A stretch of 64,000 nucleotides of DNA from assembly GCF_018350175.1 (NCBI RefSeq), contig NC_058368.1, positions 130,946,001 through 131,010,000 on the forward strand, given 5' to 3'. The notes beneath the pieces are model-generated. The model saw nothing but the letters and a program-made list of their open reading frames with translations, was not told the origin of the DNA and did not search any database. Shown in pieces: positions 13,673 through 26,526 of the stretch (the first letter of the stretch is position 1; the number at the start of each line of letters is the position of its first letter). Origin of the DNA: Felis catus. Taxonomy: Eukaryota. Made by a program: the position numbers and the translations under genes.

Positions 13673-13864
13673 AAAACATGCTTGTAATCCAAAGCACTTG
13701 TATATCAAAGCGAATTTCAAGAACCATTGACTCAGTTGTGATCATGTGACATTCGTCATCACATACTACTTGTTCTGTAAGACATCGCTTGTTAAGTTAA
13801 AATTTATTGGCAATGTTTGCTCATCTTGCAGAACACTCACAGAACAAGTTACTCGCAATCCAAG

Positions 13865-13866
<2 letters not shown>
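13673..13866. mobile_element. Tc1/mariner (Tigger-like) MITE fragment
   Basis: Ends in the TIR-like gttactcgcaatccaaggt; body (atatcaaagcgaatttcaagaaccattg, gtgatcatgtgacattcg) resembles a short carnivore DNA-transposon repeat as recalled; family name not certain. Confidence 0.55.

Positions 13867-13871
<5 letters not shown>

Positions 13872-13912
<41 letters not shown>
13872..13912. repeat. (TA)n microsatellite
   Basis: About 20 TA units, directly visible. Confidence 0.99.
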
Positions 13913-13914
<2 letters not shown>

Positions 13915-13957
13915 CATAAAATATAATATGGAAAAAAGGTATATTTATATTCCAACC

Positions 13958-14566
13958 AATCCTTTATCACTGTTGCTGCTTCTGCTGGTCCAAGCCATTA
14001 CCTTCTCTCATTTGGGTTATTAAAGAAGCCCCACACATACATCATATACCCCACTTCTGCCCTCTATTCATGATTGTCCAGTGGCTTCCCATCCCACTAA
14101 GGGTAAAAATCAAAGCCCTTATAATGGCCCTCAAGGCCCTACATGGTATATCTCCCCTTTCTTTTGACTTCACCTCCTTTTACTCTTCCTTTGGATTACT
14201 CTCTCTCTGCCACACAGCCTTCTTGCCGATTCTCGAACATACAAGATATGTTTCCACCATTGAGAATGCTTCCTTCTTCTCTCTCATTCTGTTCAAGACA
14301 ACTCAAATGTCATTGGTCAGAGGCTTTCATCACTTTGTATAAATAATAACTTATCTTTCCCCTTTGTCACCCCTGCTGCAATGTTTGGCCTTCCCAGTCT
14401 CCCTTGCCCCATTTCATTTCTTTCCATAACTCTTAATACTCTCTGACATATGAAATATTATTTGCTTGCTTGTTCATTATCTATTCTCCTTCACAAGATT
14501 AAGATCTTTGCATCCAGATTCTATCTGTTTTACTCCAGATAAATGTTTATTGACAAATTAATGAAC
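13958..14566 (+). mobile_element. L2 (L2a-like) 3' region
   Basis: ggtccaagccattacc, ccagtggcttcccatc, tcaaggccctacatgg and terminal taaatgtttattgacaaattaatgaa. Confidence 0.85.
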
Positions 14567-14728
14567 GTTAAGAAAGATAAGGAAGAGTAGAATTTCTAGA
14601 CTTTCTACTTGAGACAACAAAAACTCATAGTACCAACAAAATCAAATTGGTAAAAGGATTATAGTAACAGTGATGGTGAGAATGATGAAAGGGATGATAT
14701 GATGATGATGATGATGACAATGACAGTG

Positions 14729-14940
14729 ACAGCTATTTACTGACTTTGTATTAAGCACTGTCACTGTTTGCAATGCCTTTACCATATGTAGGCCCTATTC
14801 TTATCTCAGTTTTATAGACAAGGAAACTGAAACTTTAAGGAGTTAGATAACTTGCCCAAGAACACAGGGTTAGTAAATGTTAAGATCTATGCTTTTTAAT
14901 GCCTATCTCTCTCCAAAGCCTGTGTTACTAACTGCTAATC
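14729..14940 (-). mobile_element. MIR
   Basis: Core ttttatagacaaggaaactga...agttagataacttgcccaagaacacag; preceded by a short (GAT)n tract. Confidence 0.85.
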
Positions 14941-15546
14941 TAACATCTCTATGGTAAGTACATCACTGTGCTAGGTCTCCCAAAGCAAAACAAAGCACAA
15001 AACAACACAACTCTAAGATTTCCTGAAGCAATAGTGCAAGAATAAAACCAGATTCATGGAATTAATAAACAGACCTCTTGATTATAATGGTAAACTATAA
15101 TCCTGATTCACTGAGTAATACTAATCAAGAGGAAACAAATATAAGCCGATACAAAGGTAACTAAAATACATATAAAAGAAAATAATTCTCCAGATTGTAA
15201 TTATTTTGTTCTTGCTCTCTGCTGTCTTTCAACATCTTAGTAAACTGATCATTTTTTTTTTTTTGCTTGTCTTCATTAGTAACTCTCAAGTTTGCATTAT
15301 TTTTTCCCATGTTCGGTTTCTCCATGAAATGTGCCAACTCGGCTTCTGGTTTAGTTCAAGTCAATGCCATTCTTCTGCACTCACTTTATGACTGCACTGT
15401 ATGTCAGGGGAATTGTTGTCTACAAAACAAGCGGGTGAAAATTACTTTGTTTTGTTCAGTTTCACACTGAGAAAGTTAGTGTGAAAAAATTAAAGGGGCA
15501 ATTTCTTTAATGAAACATTTTCTGTCGAGTAGAATAGCAGTTTCTA

Positions 15547-15760
15547 TTTTTACTTTTAAGCTTTATTTATTTGAGAGAAAGAGAGTATACCCACATGTGT
15601 GTGCTGGGGAAGGGACCGAGAGAGAGGCAGTGAGAGAATCCCAAGCAAGCTTGCACAGTGCAGAGCCCAGCATGAGGCTCAAACTCACGAGCCATGAGAT
15701 CATGACTTGAGCCAAAATCAAGTGTTGGGTGCTCAACCAACTGAGCTACCCAGGTGCCCC
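15547..15760 (-). mobile_element. Older Can-SINE
   Basis: gagatcatgacttgagccaaaatcaag...gagctacccaggtgcccc; degenerate TSD aata(g/a)cagttt. Confidence 0.93.
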
Positions 15761-15779
15761 TAAAATAACAGTTTTCAAA

Positions 15780-16370
15780 ATTAAATGCTACTGGTGGGAT
15801 ATATCAAGGTGAACACTCTCATGCCCTGTAACTATAAACACAAATTGATATAACCTCTCTGAGAAGGAGTGTGATACCATGTTCTTACCTGTTAATCTAA
15901 TAATTCAGCTTCTGCAGCTCTAGTCTGAGGATAAATGTGAAATAAATACAAGAAAAATATGGACAAACATGTATGCTTTAGCTTATTTATCAGAGAAATA
16001 TATTAGCAATAGGAGTATTTACAGTAATTATTGTACATACTTCTCTTCACAGTAATAGGAGAACTGCTAAGTAATTATGTTACTTACATGAAATACTACA
16101 CTGCCATTGGAAGATATCTTTATGAAGAGTTTATATTCACACAAGGGAAATGATTATGCTGACCTACTAAATGGAAACGACTAAATGAATTCTAAATTCC
16201 ATAGAATGTTGCATTTCAATCATGGAAAACTAAAGGGGTTGGGGCACTAAAGAAACACAGGAAGATGTTGTCTCTGGGTAGTAATTGTGAGGTGACAATT
16301 TTCACACTGTCTCTTGCATTTCAAAAAAAAGTTTATAAAAAGCATAAGTTTTTTGCATAACTTAAAACTA
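15780..16370 (+). mobile_element. Ancient L1ME-like 3' fragment
   Basis: Decayed L1 3' motifs (gaacactctcatgc, aaattgatataacctctctg, gaaatactacactgccatt); weak. Confidence 0.45.
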
Positions 16371-16757
16371 TTCACTTTTTATTTGAGGATAAAAGTAGGT
16401 TAACAGAAAATGCAACATGGATAAAATCCCAACTCTCTGATCATAGACTCTTTTTACCACACTTTCAAATGAGTAGAATATAGTTTCAATAGAAAAGCTT
16501 CCCCTGTTCTGACACTGAGATAAACAGGTAGACAACGCATTGTACTTATGTCAAACTGCATTGTTTTTAAAAAGAAAGAGGGAAGGAAAGAAAGAAGGAA
16601 GAAAGGGTGGGAGGGAGGGAAGAAGGGAAGACAAAAAAAATGCATTTTTTAACAAAACGGAATGGTCATAAGTTCCCCCACTGGCTCCGTGAATCTGAGA
16701 AAGAAACCAAACTTCTTTGCACTTTTGTTTTACCAAAAAGGGAGTAATGATAAATTT

Positions 16758-16995
16758 TGGTGCGGTGGTTAAGAGCACAAGCACTGTAACTTCATTTTAA
16801 AGCTAAACTCTGAGGCCACCCGATCTGAGTTCAAATCCAACCTCCATCACACACCAGCTATATGACCTTGAGCAAATTAGTTCATTTTTGCATCTCAGTT
16901 CTTCTGCAAAATTAGGTTAAGAAGATATTAGACTCTTGAAACTATTTAAAAAGAAAGTCATGTGCATAAAAAGCACTATAAAAATGTTAACTTGT
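16758..16995 (+). mobile_element. MIR
   Basis: gtggttaagagcac...ctgagttcaaatcc...ccagctatatgaccttgagcaaatta...catctcagtt. Confidence 0.8.
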
Positions 16996-17059
16996 GTTTT
17001 TAACCTCACTCGATGATTAATCACATTGACTTAATAGATCAGTTACTTTCTTCCAATAT

Positions 17060-17487
17060 TCTTCTCTTACAGTTCTGTAGGTCAAAGTTAAACATGGGTA
17101 TTATTGGGCTTAAACCAAGATATCAGCTGTGTTGCATTAATTTCTAGAGGCTCTGGGGGGGTGGGAATCCATTCCCTTGCCTTTTCCAACTTCTTGGCAT
17201 TCGTCGGCACATGACCCATTCCTCCACCATCAAAGTTAGTGACTTGCAGGGCTGAGTCCTCCTCATGCTGCCTCTTCTGTTTTCTGCAGCCAGGAAAGGT
17301 CCTCTGCATTTAAGGACACTATTGACTACACTGAAACTACCACAGTAATCTAGGATGATCTCTCCTTCTCATCGTCTTTAACCTCAACCACACATGCAAA
17401 GTCCCTTTTGCCATGTAAACGAACATATTCACAGGTTCTGAGAATTAAGGCATGGACATCTTTGGGGCCATTTGTTTCCCTATCACA
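17060..17487 (-). mobile_element. MaLR LTR (MLT1C/MLT1D-like)
   Basis: tcttacagttctgtaggtc...gaatccattcccttgccttttcc...tgcaaagtcccttttgccatgtaa...atattcacaggttctgagaattaaggcatggacatctttggggcca. Confidence 0.88.
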
Positions 17488-18994
17488 CCTTCCCATCCCA
17501 TACAAATATAGATACACATGCAAGCTATCCATTCAATGATATTACCTTTCTCTTTTGCTTCCATATAATAAAACAATCTAATAATGCCATAATTTTAGCT
17601 AGAATAAAAATAAAGTATTTTTGTCTTAACCATCATCTGTAAGGGAAAGAGAGACTCCACTTTTTTGCCATAGCTGTTACTTATGGGAACACTAAAGCAG
17701 GCACTGTATTTCACGATCTTATTTCCAGGACTTATCAGATTAAAAGAAAAGCGGATCCTTGTAACCTTCTCCAAAATCTATAATAATGCCTCTGTTTTTG
17801 CCTCTTGAAGCAGGTAGCCAAGGAAATCTCTAATTATGGACAGGAGAGACTACTGTCCATTCCTCAGGGATGCTTACTCCAACTGTCTCCTGTTATTTGA
17901 GGCACAAACTTCCTATCATGATATAGTCTCCATTCTTAAGGAAAAGGACTATTTTAAGAAAGTAAACATGTTATTACCTGAGATGATTAAAACAGTCATT
18001 AATACCTTGACCCAACTTCCCTTAGAAAATGGGGACACAGAGAGCAGGAGAGTAGGAAGTGACCTGGGAAAGATATGAAGAAAGGATTATCAAAGTGTAG
18101 TTGATGTGCAGGCTCTATTAGACCCACTGAAGACCACATAGGAAACCAAGGAACCTGATGGAAGGAGGGGACTTTAAGAAATACACATCATAAATTCAGT
18201 ATGTTGTCAGAGAAGGAAGAGGATGCTAGACATACCCTCCTACTCTCTTTGAGCCTCACTAAGTTGTCAGAAGTTAATGCAATGGCTGCTCCTGGGCATG
18301 AAATGCTCCTTGTCAAGACTCTGCAGAGCATGAAACTGTATGCTTATTAACAAAAGCAACAGATATTTACCAGTCACCATTTTGTGCTAGATACCCACTT
18401 AGACTTTGCGCTTCCTTACTAATACCTAATTTCTATGTGTATAAAATAGGACAGAAACACCTGCCTTGCAAAGTACTGCAAGCATTAGATGAGGGAATAT
18501 ATGAGAAAACACCCTGTAAAATTAAATATTTGACAAAACATTTTTGGGTAACAGTAGATGCTATTATACTTATTCATTTCCATACTATGTCCTCAAACCC
18601 ACTGTGAACATAACAATTTATGTTCTATGATACATGTTTTGTATAGTCGTGAGAAATCACCATTACCACCAATAGAAAAAAAGGAAGGGAAGAAGGAAGA
18701 AAGGAAAAGAACCAAAAGAACAAAGAAAGTTAGAGATATAAAGCCTAAAAGGAAATGTTTATTTTTTTCCTTAAAGCAAATTTGTATTTGTATATAGAAA
18801 GGTTTAGTGAAAAAAATCTGTAGGCAGAAAGGTGGTATTCTTGCTTTCAAGTATAATTTTAAGTTAGTTTACAGCTCCCAAATACTATTTAGTTTAGCAC
18901 TTTCGGCAGAAGCTCACTTCATGGTAGAATGCCCCCTGCATAAGTGTCATGGGCCATATATAACATTATATCCAATTCCGTGGCACATCACACT

Positions 18995-18998
<4 letters not shown>

Positions 18999-19042
<44 letters not shown>
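18999..19042. repeat. (CA)22 microsatellite
   Basis: Perfect dinucleotide run, directly visible. Confidence 0.99.
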
Positions 19043-19044
<2 letters not shown>

Positions 19045-19059
19045 TAAATCATTATAGGC

Positions 19060-19220
19060 TGTGGCACTGTGAAACAATGTAAAGAATTCTAAATGGAGTC
19101 AGGATACCAATTTGTTATCTCCTCAGCCAATAGATTCTTGTGTGTCCCCGGACCAGTCATTCAGCCTCTCTGGACCTCAATTTCCTTAACAATAGAACTG
19201 GAAGCTGGACTAGATCATTC
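19060..19220 (+). mobile_element. MIR fragment
   Basis: tgtgtgtccccggaccagtcattcagcctctctggacctcaatttcc...gctggactagatca. Confidence 0.6.
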
Positions 19221-20781
19221 TTAGTTGTAAAAATTGCAGTTATCTCAGGCCAAAACCAATCTGTAAACTGAATTCATTTTTCAAAGCCAACAGCGACAAG
19301 CTCCCAAGGTGAACATTATAAATACAACAACTTGAGCACATGATGAGGAAGTAATCAGTAATGGGAGAATAACAGATTTACATTCCACCTTCATATTTCC
19401 GACTTGTCTTACCACCTTTAAACCATCCCCAAAGCACAATAACTAGAAACATTTTTTAAAAAATAGAAGGAAGGCACCCATGGCTTCCTTTCATTATGAC
19501 ACCCACTGCCCACCTGGGAGAGCTTGTGCTCCATCTGTCCCATCCTCCCGGACTCCATAGATCAAAGGTTTTTAAGAGTATCTGGGGATTTATCCCAGCT
19601 TTGCCGATGCAAAATTCCACATAAGCCACCCACCCCTTGATAATATTTTGCCCTCCCCTAAATACCATGATTATCTCTCCTTTTTTTTTTATCTCCTCGT
19701 ATTTGCAGACTCCTTCACAATCACACAAGAGCCTGAAAAACAGATCATTCTCTTTAACAACAGAGGCTAATACCTACATTGTTTTGTAGCCCTCCAGAGT
19801 GCTTCATGTGCAATAAAGGTTGACTATTATTACACAAATTAAAATAAGAAATTCATGGACCACGATGAATCGGTCAGAGCAAAGCAAATATCTTAAATTT
19901 GTATAATCCTGTCCTATCTGGCTGCTCAAATGTGTATGCTAAGTCTCCCCAAATCCTTGTTTGCTGAGTTGTAATTCAAATTTTCAAAGGACACAGCATT
20001 TAACTAGATGTATATTATTTTCACAGCCTTCACATAGGCGCCTTAACTAGTACCTCTTGAATCAGCCTCAGCAATTTGATGACTGTGATAAACTGAATAT
20101 AAGTTATAGTTCTTGGAGTTTCTTCCTTACAAAGATAAGGATTGCTGTGAAATTTCAGAGTGGATAGGTTCTCTCTCTAAAATGTTACCCAACAAGAGTT
20201 GTCTTCATATCTAGAGGTCTCAAAGCTCAGAGAGTAAAGAAACTGTTTCACAGTGTGAGGACTGGCAGACATTTCAAAATGGTTTTGCCCTTACAAACAT
20301 GTGACATGAGATTCCAGGAAGACAAATGGATGTGAGGAAAGTGCCGCCATTATCATTTTCCCTCCTACAGGACAGGAACCATGCGTATTCAAGAGCAGGG
20401 GCACCTTTGCATACATCATTTGTTTAAAATATTGAAATAGAAAAGAATAAAAAAGAGTGTTCAGAGGAAAAAAAAAAAAAGAAAATATCCACAAACCAGC
20501 AAGGTGTTTGTAGTTACATCCTTCCTGCTGGTCTGACCTCCTAGATCAGATGGCCATAGACTTTCCTCACAGTGCTTATCACCCTGTTTCCAAAAACAAT
20601 TAGCACTGTATTGCACCCAAACTACTCGTTTTTCTGAGTTGGCAATCAACACATTAGGTCAAAGCTAAACTCACAGGAAAATGTTACAACTCATTTCACT
20701 TCTGCGATTCATTCCATGGGGGGAAAAAAACCCAGAAAAAGCTCAAGACATATTAATAAATAAATCTGAACTAGGCCAGAG

Positions 20782-21324
20782 TGTAATGCCCCAGATTTCA
20801 AATCCGAGAGGCCACCAAGGAGCCGATACCGGTGAAAACACACAAGGGTTTATTTGCAAGTTTGAGCTTGGGCCCAAGTATACCCGACACAGCGGAGCAG
20901 GGACTTGGACCCCTAGGTTAAGAGGCGTAGCAGTTTTATAGGGGCCAGTGGCCAATGAGATTGTAACACACGCAGAAAGTTGCATAGTCATGTCAGTCCA
21001 CACGCAGGTGGCCAATTGAATTACAATTTACCCTATAGTAACTGTTTGAACTAGCCTATCACTCTGGTCGGAATTGGCGCGTAAGTTTGGTGGGCAAAAG
21101 GCGGGGTTTACATTCTTTGGCGGTTAGGGGTTCTGCATTCCTATATGAGCCTGTTTCCAGTAAGGGTGTGCTCAGCGGCTTGACTAGGGTGGGGGAGTGT
21201 CTTAAGCAATAAGTAGGTCAAGTGGGGCTTATACATGAGATGGTGGGTGTAGCACAAAATGGAGCTAGTCTTGCTCTGCTTGTCCAGGGGTAGGGGATTT
21301 TTGTTAAATTCCTTGGGTCCCACA
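20782..21324 (-). mobile_element. Solo ERV LTR (ERV1-like), 543 bp, apparently young
   Basis: TGT...ACA termini; flanks CAGAG (20777-20781) and TAGAG (21325-21329); on the minus strand TATAAAA (20934-20940) then AATAAA (20849-20854); GC- and CpG-rich relative to the flanks. Confidence 0.85.
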
Positions 21325-22469
21325 TAGAGTTCACTATAGAAGGTGTCCCAAAGCCTGGGGCTATGGTGTAATAGAAATGAACCCTGTCAAATCCCCATAA
21401 AAGGAAGTTGCTTTGTGACTCTTTCAAGGAAAAAGAACAACATTTGCCTAAAGCAGATTCTATAGAGACACAATCAAATCACACATTTCAATACCTGTTT
21501 ATATCATTGTTTGACCCTAAGTCTGCCTAATTCATTGTCAAATGCATAAGCACTATAAAGCATTTGCAGAATCCCTGAAACTATTACCTGCTAAGTGTTG
21601 ATTGAGTAGATTGAATAGCACTAACCATAGAAATTAAAATAAAGTAGAAGTTTAGGTCCTTCCATCTTAAAGGGATATAATGAAAAACCAGGAAAACTAT
21701 ACACACTAAAAGTCTGGAATCTAATCTCGATATCTGTGATCCTCTTAACATTCTATCCCACGGTCCCCATTGGAATATTGCACAATATCTTCTTGCCTTC
21801 GTGATCTAACTTCAAGGTAACAATTCATTCTGGTTGGATTTTTTTAACAGCTGTTCATTTTTCAATCTGCTTTAACCTTTCTCCATCCTGACTTCTCCAA
21901 AAGACTGCCCTACTTACAGATATCAGAATACTCTCAAATTGTTAAATTCATATCTTACTTTGTTTCTCCCCACCACTTGCCCATTCTCCCTTCCAGAAAC
22001 TCTCTCCTATCAGGCCCTGTTCCATGTTCCAGATCTCTCCTAAAATTTCCCACCTCCCTAGGAACTCTTTCTCAGAATTACTTGAGAGCATTCTATTTCT
22101 GCTCAGTCCTCACATGTTGGAGTACCCCAAAAGCTCATCTAGCTGCATGGTTTCGAATCCCAAAGCATTTTTCTTCAGCCCAGATCTCTCTTCAGCAAGA
22201 GAATCGAATTTCATCTAAAAGAAACTCTGCTTATAAACTCCATGAGTATAATATTTTTAGAGCTGAACTTCTTTGTTCCCCATTCTACCTTCCATTGTCA
22301 GTCACCCAAGTCAGAAAGTTGACTAGTGCAGTGCCTTGCACAGAGTTAGGTACTCAGCAAATGCTCTGTGATATATGTGAAATGGATTGTGTGTTTGTGT
22401 ATGTATAATATGTGGGCCAAAAAAATAAAATTGATATTCTAAAGTGTCATTTAAAATAAGATCGAGATT

Positions 22470-22677
22470 GGGGCACCTGGGTGGCTCAGTCAGTTGAGCG
22501 TCCGACTTCAGCTCAGGTCATGATCTCACAGTTGACGAGTTCGAGCCCCGCATCCGGCTCTGTGCTGACAGCTCAGAGCCTGGAGCCTGCTTCCGATTCT
22601 GTGTCTCCCCCTCTCTCTACCCCTCCACCCCTCATGCTCTGGGTCTGTCTCCAAAATAAATATAAACATTAAAAAAA
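22470..22677 (+). mobile_element. Can-SINE
   Basis: GGGGCACCTGGGTGGCTCAG head; TSD ttaaaataagatc(g/t)agat at 22451-22468 and 22678-22695. Confidence 0.97.
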
Positions 22678-23381
22678 TTAAAATAAGATCTAGATAGTAT
22701 CTTAAATCTAATCTAGCCTAAGTCCTATGTAGCTAGTTAGTAACTGTTACCAGAACCTAGGTCTTCTACCACTTAAGCTTTTGCTCTTCAATTTGTAATA
22801 ATTACATTCAATATTGCCAAAACAATGATCAATCATAAATATTAAGTTTCTTGTTAAGAATCCTCCCCAGGGATTTCCTGGTCCTTCTAATTCTCTGAGT
22901 TACTTCAATCAAGTTGGATAAAAATTTATTACACCTCTGCTGTGTATTGGACACTTGTAAGGGTTATGTCTTTTGATTCTTATACCAACCCCACAATATA
23001 TTTCCTGTTTAACTCCATTTTACAGTTGAAGAAGTAAACTGCGCAAGTACACGGGCTGGAAGTCTCCGCATAGAATATAAATACATACAGTCTATTCTCT
23101 TGCTGTTATCCTCAGTGGTATCACTTAGACCCTTTACTGTAGTTCATCCCTATCCTGGCCATACTGCTTATGATTTCTTAGAAGACATATGTGCCCTTCA
23201 TTTTTAAATAGCTGCCCCCCCCAAAGAAAAACTAAGAAATGTATTATTCCTCGTTATTTCCCATAGTCAGACTGAAGACCAGGTAAAAAATTGTTCTTCA
23301 TTCCTTATGTTTCAACCAAAACCTCCTAAGAGTCTTTAACTTTCCACAGCAAGCTGTAAATTCTATCAAATATCCTGTTCT

Positions 23382-24051
23382 GGGCACCTGGGTGGCTCAG
23401 TTGGTTAAGGGTCTGGATCTTGACTTTGGCTCAGGTCATGATCTCAGGGTTCCTGAGTTCAAACCTGCATTAGTCTCTGCACTGACAACAGGAAACCTGC
23501 TTAGAATTCTGTCTCCCTCTCTGGGGCACCTGGGTGGCTCAGTCAGTTAAGCATCTGACCTCAGCTCAACTCATGATCTCAAGGCTTGTGAGTTTGAGCC
23601 CTGTGTTGGGTTCTGTACTTATAGCTCAGAGCCGGAGACTGCTTTTGATTTTGTGTCTCCCTCTCTCTCCTGTCCCCCATTTGCACTGTCTCTTTCTCAA
23701 AAATAAATAAATATTTTTTAAAAATTAAGAATTCTGTCTCCCTTTCTCTCTGCCCCTCCTCTGCTTGCTCTCTATCTCTCTCTCAAAATGAATAAAAACA
23801 GGGGCGCCTGGGTGGCTCAGTCGGTTGAGCAACTGACTTTGGCTCAGGTCATGATCTCACGGTTCGTGAGTTCTAGCCCCGCGTCGGGCTCTGTGCTGAC
23901 AGCTCAGAGCCTGGAGCCTGCTTCAGATTCTGTGCCTCCCTCTCTCTCTGCCCCAACCCACTCACACTCTGTCTCTGTCTCTCTCAAAAATAAACACTAA
24001 AAAAAACCCAAAAAAGTAAAAAGTAAATAAAAAGAAAAATAAAACTTAAAT
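23382..24051 (+). mobile_element. Nest of three Can-SINEs (host 23382-24051; inserts 23523-23727 and 23801-~24020)
   Basis: Host TSD aaatatcct (23368-23376 and 24052-24060); inner TSD agaattctgtctccct(c/t)tct (23503-23522 and 23728-23747); third copy lies in the host A-tail. Confidence 0.93.
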
Positions 24052-25007
24052 AAATATCCTATAAAATGTCCAATGCAAAAAAGGTTCATTTACCAAGGGT
24101 CAGGTAAATGTAAAAAAAAAAAAAAAATCCTTCCAACTGACTTCAAGCGGGAGATGACTCTCCAAGATCCCTCTTTTCACTATCCCTTGCGTTTGTGCTG
24201 GGATGTTACCTCTTTCAAACCTAGTTCCCTGAAAACTCTCAAAAGCCTTTCTCTGACACAGATATACATCAAAGCTTTCATATAGAAGACAATAATTTAC
24301 TTTCATGAAATCACAACTTTATGTACGTGAACTGTTACGTTTAAAACTGAAGCCCTCACAGCCTACAGTTGAGCGCTAATAGTCTTTTCCTTTTTTTATA
24401 TTCACATCTTATTATTTGTGGGGAAGAAAGTCAATTAACCTTTCCAGGAAAATCATATTACAATTAACTCTTCAATATGTTAAGTAGTAAAAGTGTTTCA
24501 ACAATGCACTTTCCTTTTGAATTGTTATAAAACCTTTGGCTAGAAATTAATGCAGCAAATTCACAACAAGATAAAAATTCAAAACAAGCTATTGTTCTCC
24601 TCCCTTCAATAGAGAAAAATAGTTTTGAATCCACATACAAATTTTAAATGGGCTTACTTTTAAAATTTCAGAGAAAAAGGGAATATGAAAAGTAGAGGAA
24701 ATATAAGGTAATAATTTTGGATACTGAATCCTTCAACAACAATTGCCATTATCTTTCAAAACTATTTAATGCATTACCAGTTTTTTTCTGTACCCTTTAC
24801 TGAATTACGGATTCAATTCTGATTTCTACTTTCACCTTAGTGGAGTCTGCACTTATTAATTTCCTTGTAGGGCCATCCCTCCAATTTATGCAACTGCGTT
24901 TGAACATCATCAGAAATATCTAGTAAATAGGAAACAATGAACTTCCTAGTACTCTCAGGCATTGACAAGAAGCAGGTTTGTATTTTTCATCTCTTTTTCA
25001 CACAGGT

Positions 25008-25240
25008 AACATGGTGAGAATGAACTTAGGAATGGATAGATCCAGATTTGAATCTAGACTCTACAGCTACAAAGGAGTATGACCTGAGGGCAAGGTCTTA
25101 CATTTTGTTGAATAACAACACAGACAAAGCAATGATCTTTAAATCTTGAGATTTCCACATGTCAGTGGAACTAATTATAATGTGAGGATTCCATGAGATA
25201 AAGTTGTATAAAGCACCTGGTAGATAAACAAGGCTTAATA
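25008..25240 (+). mobile_element. MIR
   Basis: gatagatccagatttgaatctagactctac...tgtgaggattccatgagataaagttgtataaagcacctgg. Confidence 0.7.
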
Positions 25241-26009
25241 ATGGCTCTGTTCCACCTCCGGGACTTACTGGCTCTGTTCCACTTCCGGTTTATAGCCCTA
25301 TGAACAGAAACCTTTTTGAAGACCTAAAGCAGTGACTCTTAATCATAAGCTTCTCAAATCACTTTTGTGGGTTTGCTCCCTTTTGTGAAAATAAAATGCT
25401 ATTGTATTCCAAGTAACCATTCAGACCACAAAACATGTTAAAAGATTGAATGTTAGATTGAATTTTATGAGACTAGAGAGATTAATGTATTATCTTCCTT
25501 ACATGGGGAATTTGTAAAAGTAATATTAATAATGTAATAATAATGAGAAACCTATTTGAGGCTTACGTACTACAAAACAGTATATGAACATCACTGTTGT
25601 GTACATCTGAATTCTCAGTGAAGCATGTCACATTCTGAGGAAGCCTCTTCCTCCATGGCTTTCTGTGCTCTCATTAAGCAAGTCCCTTGGAAATAATGTT
25701 TTACACATCTAACCTCAAAAGGATTTAGCATATGGTCTCTTCATCTCATCCAAACTTGGAGGGAAAAAAATCATAAAGACCATTTACTCCAGTCTACGAC
25801 AGATGGTCACCAAGCCTGAGCTTGAGGGCAAGCAAGCTTCACAGGCAGGCCTCTAACTTTTGAGGTGGGCTACTTCTGTGTGAGTCCTAAATTCTTAGTT
25901 CCTGCTCCTGCTAAACCCAAATCTGCCTCCTCCTTATTTCTTCCAGTTGATTCCAGTTCTGTCTTGTGGAACAATACAGAAAACCGGGGTCCCGACTTTC
26001 ATGGTATGG

Positions 26010-26526
26010 TAAGCTATCCATTGTCTTCCTTTACTTCAGAACACAGCACCCAGGTTTTTCTCTGGAGAACTACCCCTCACCAAGTTTCAGTATGTTTAGA
26101 TCTGTGCCATTGATTGTTACTATCTCCAGGTGTGGGCCTATGATTTCAACATGGATGTAAACAATTCTCCCATGACCACAGTTATTAATTCAGGAAGGAG
26201 CACAAAATCTAATTCAGGCCAGGACTTTTGCTTTGAATGGTTGAGCAATAAAAACACTCAGTGACCTTTCCTGTAGACTTGAAAGCGTAGACCCTCTGGC
26301 CACCATTTTGTCCACAGGAAACAACAGCATCTCCGAAAATGCAGTCAACACAGAAAAAAGCAGTACAGAAAGAGTGACAGGGTCCTAAAATATCCAGTCA
26401 AGTGTGAAGGTGGAGCTAGTTCCCTGAAGTTTTCAATTATATTAATTACAACATTTAATTTTTTTCTTAAGTTTGTTTGGGTAGGATTTGCTGTCCCCTG
26501 CAGTCGAAACAATCTTGACTGACACA
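26010..26526 (+). mobile_element. Old MaLR LTR (MLT1K-like)
   Basis: ggccaccattttg, cttaagtttgtttgggtaggatttgctgtcccctgcagtcgaaacaatcttgactgacaca 3' end. Confidence 0.65.

Noticed and set aside
21977..22408. 143-aa ORF
   Set aside because: Non-ATG start, overlaps decayed L2-like sequence, no protein similarity recognised.
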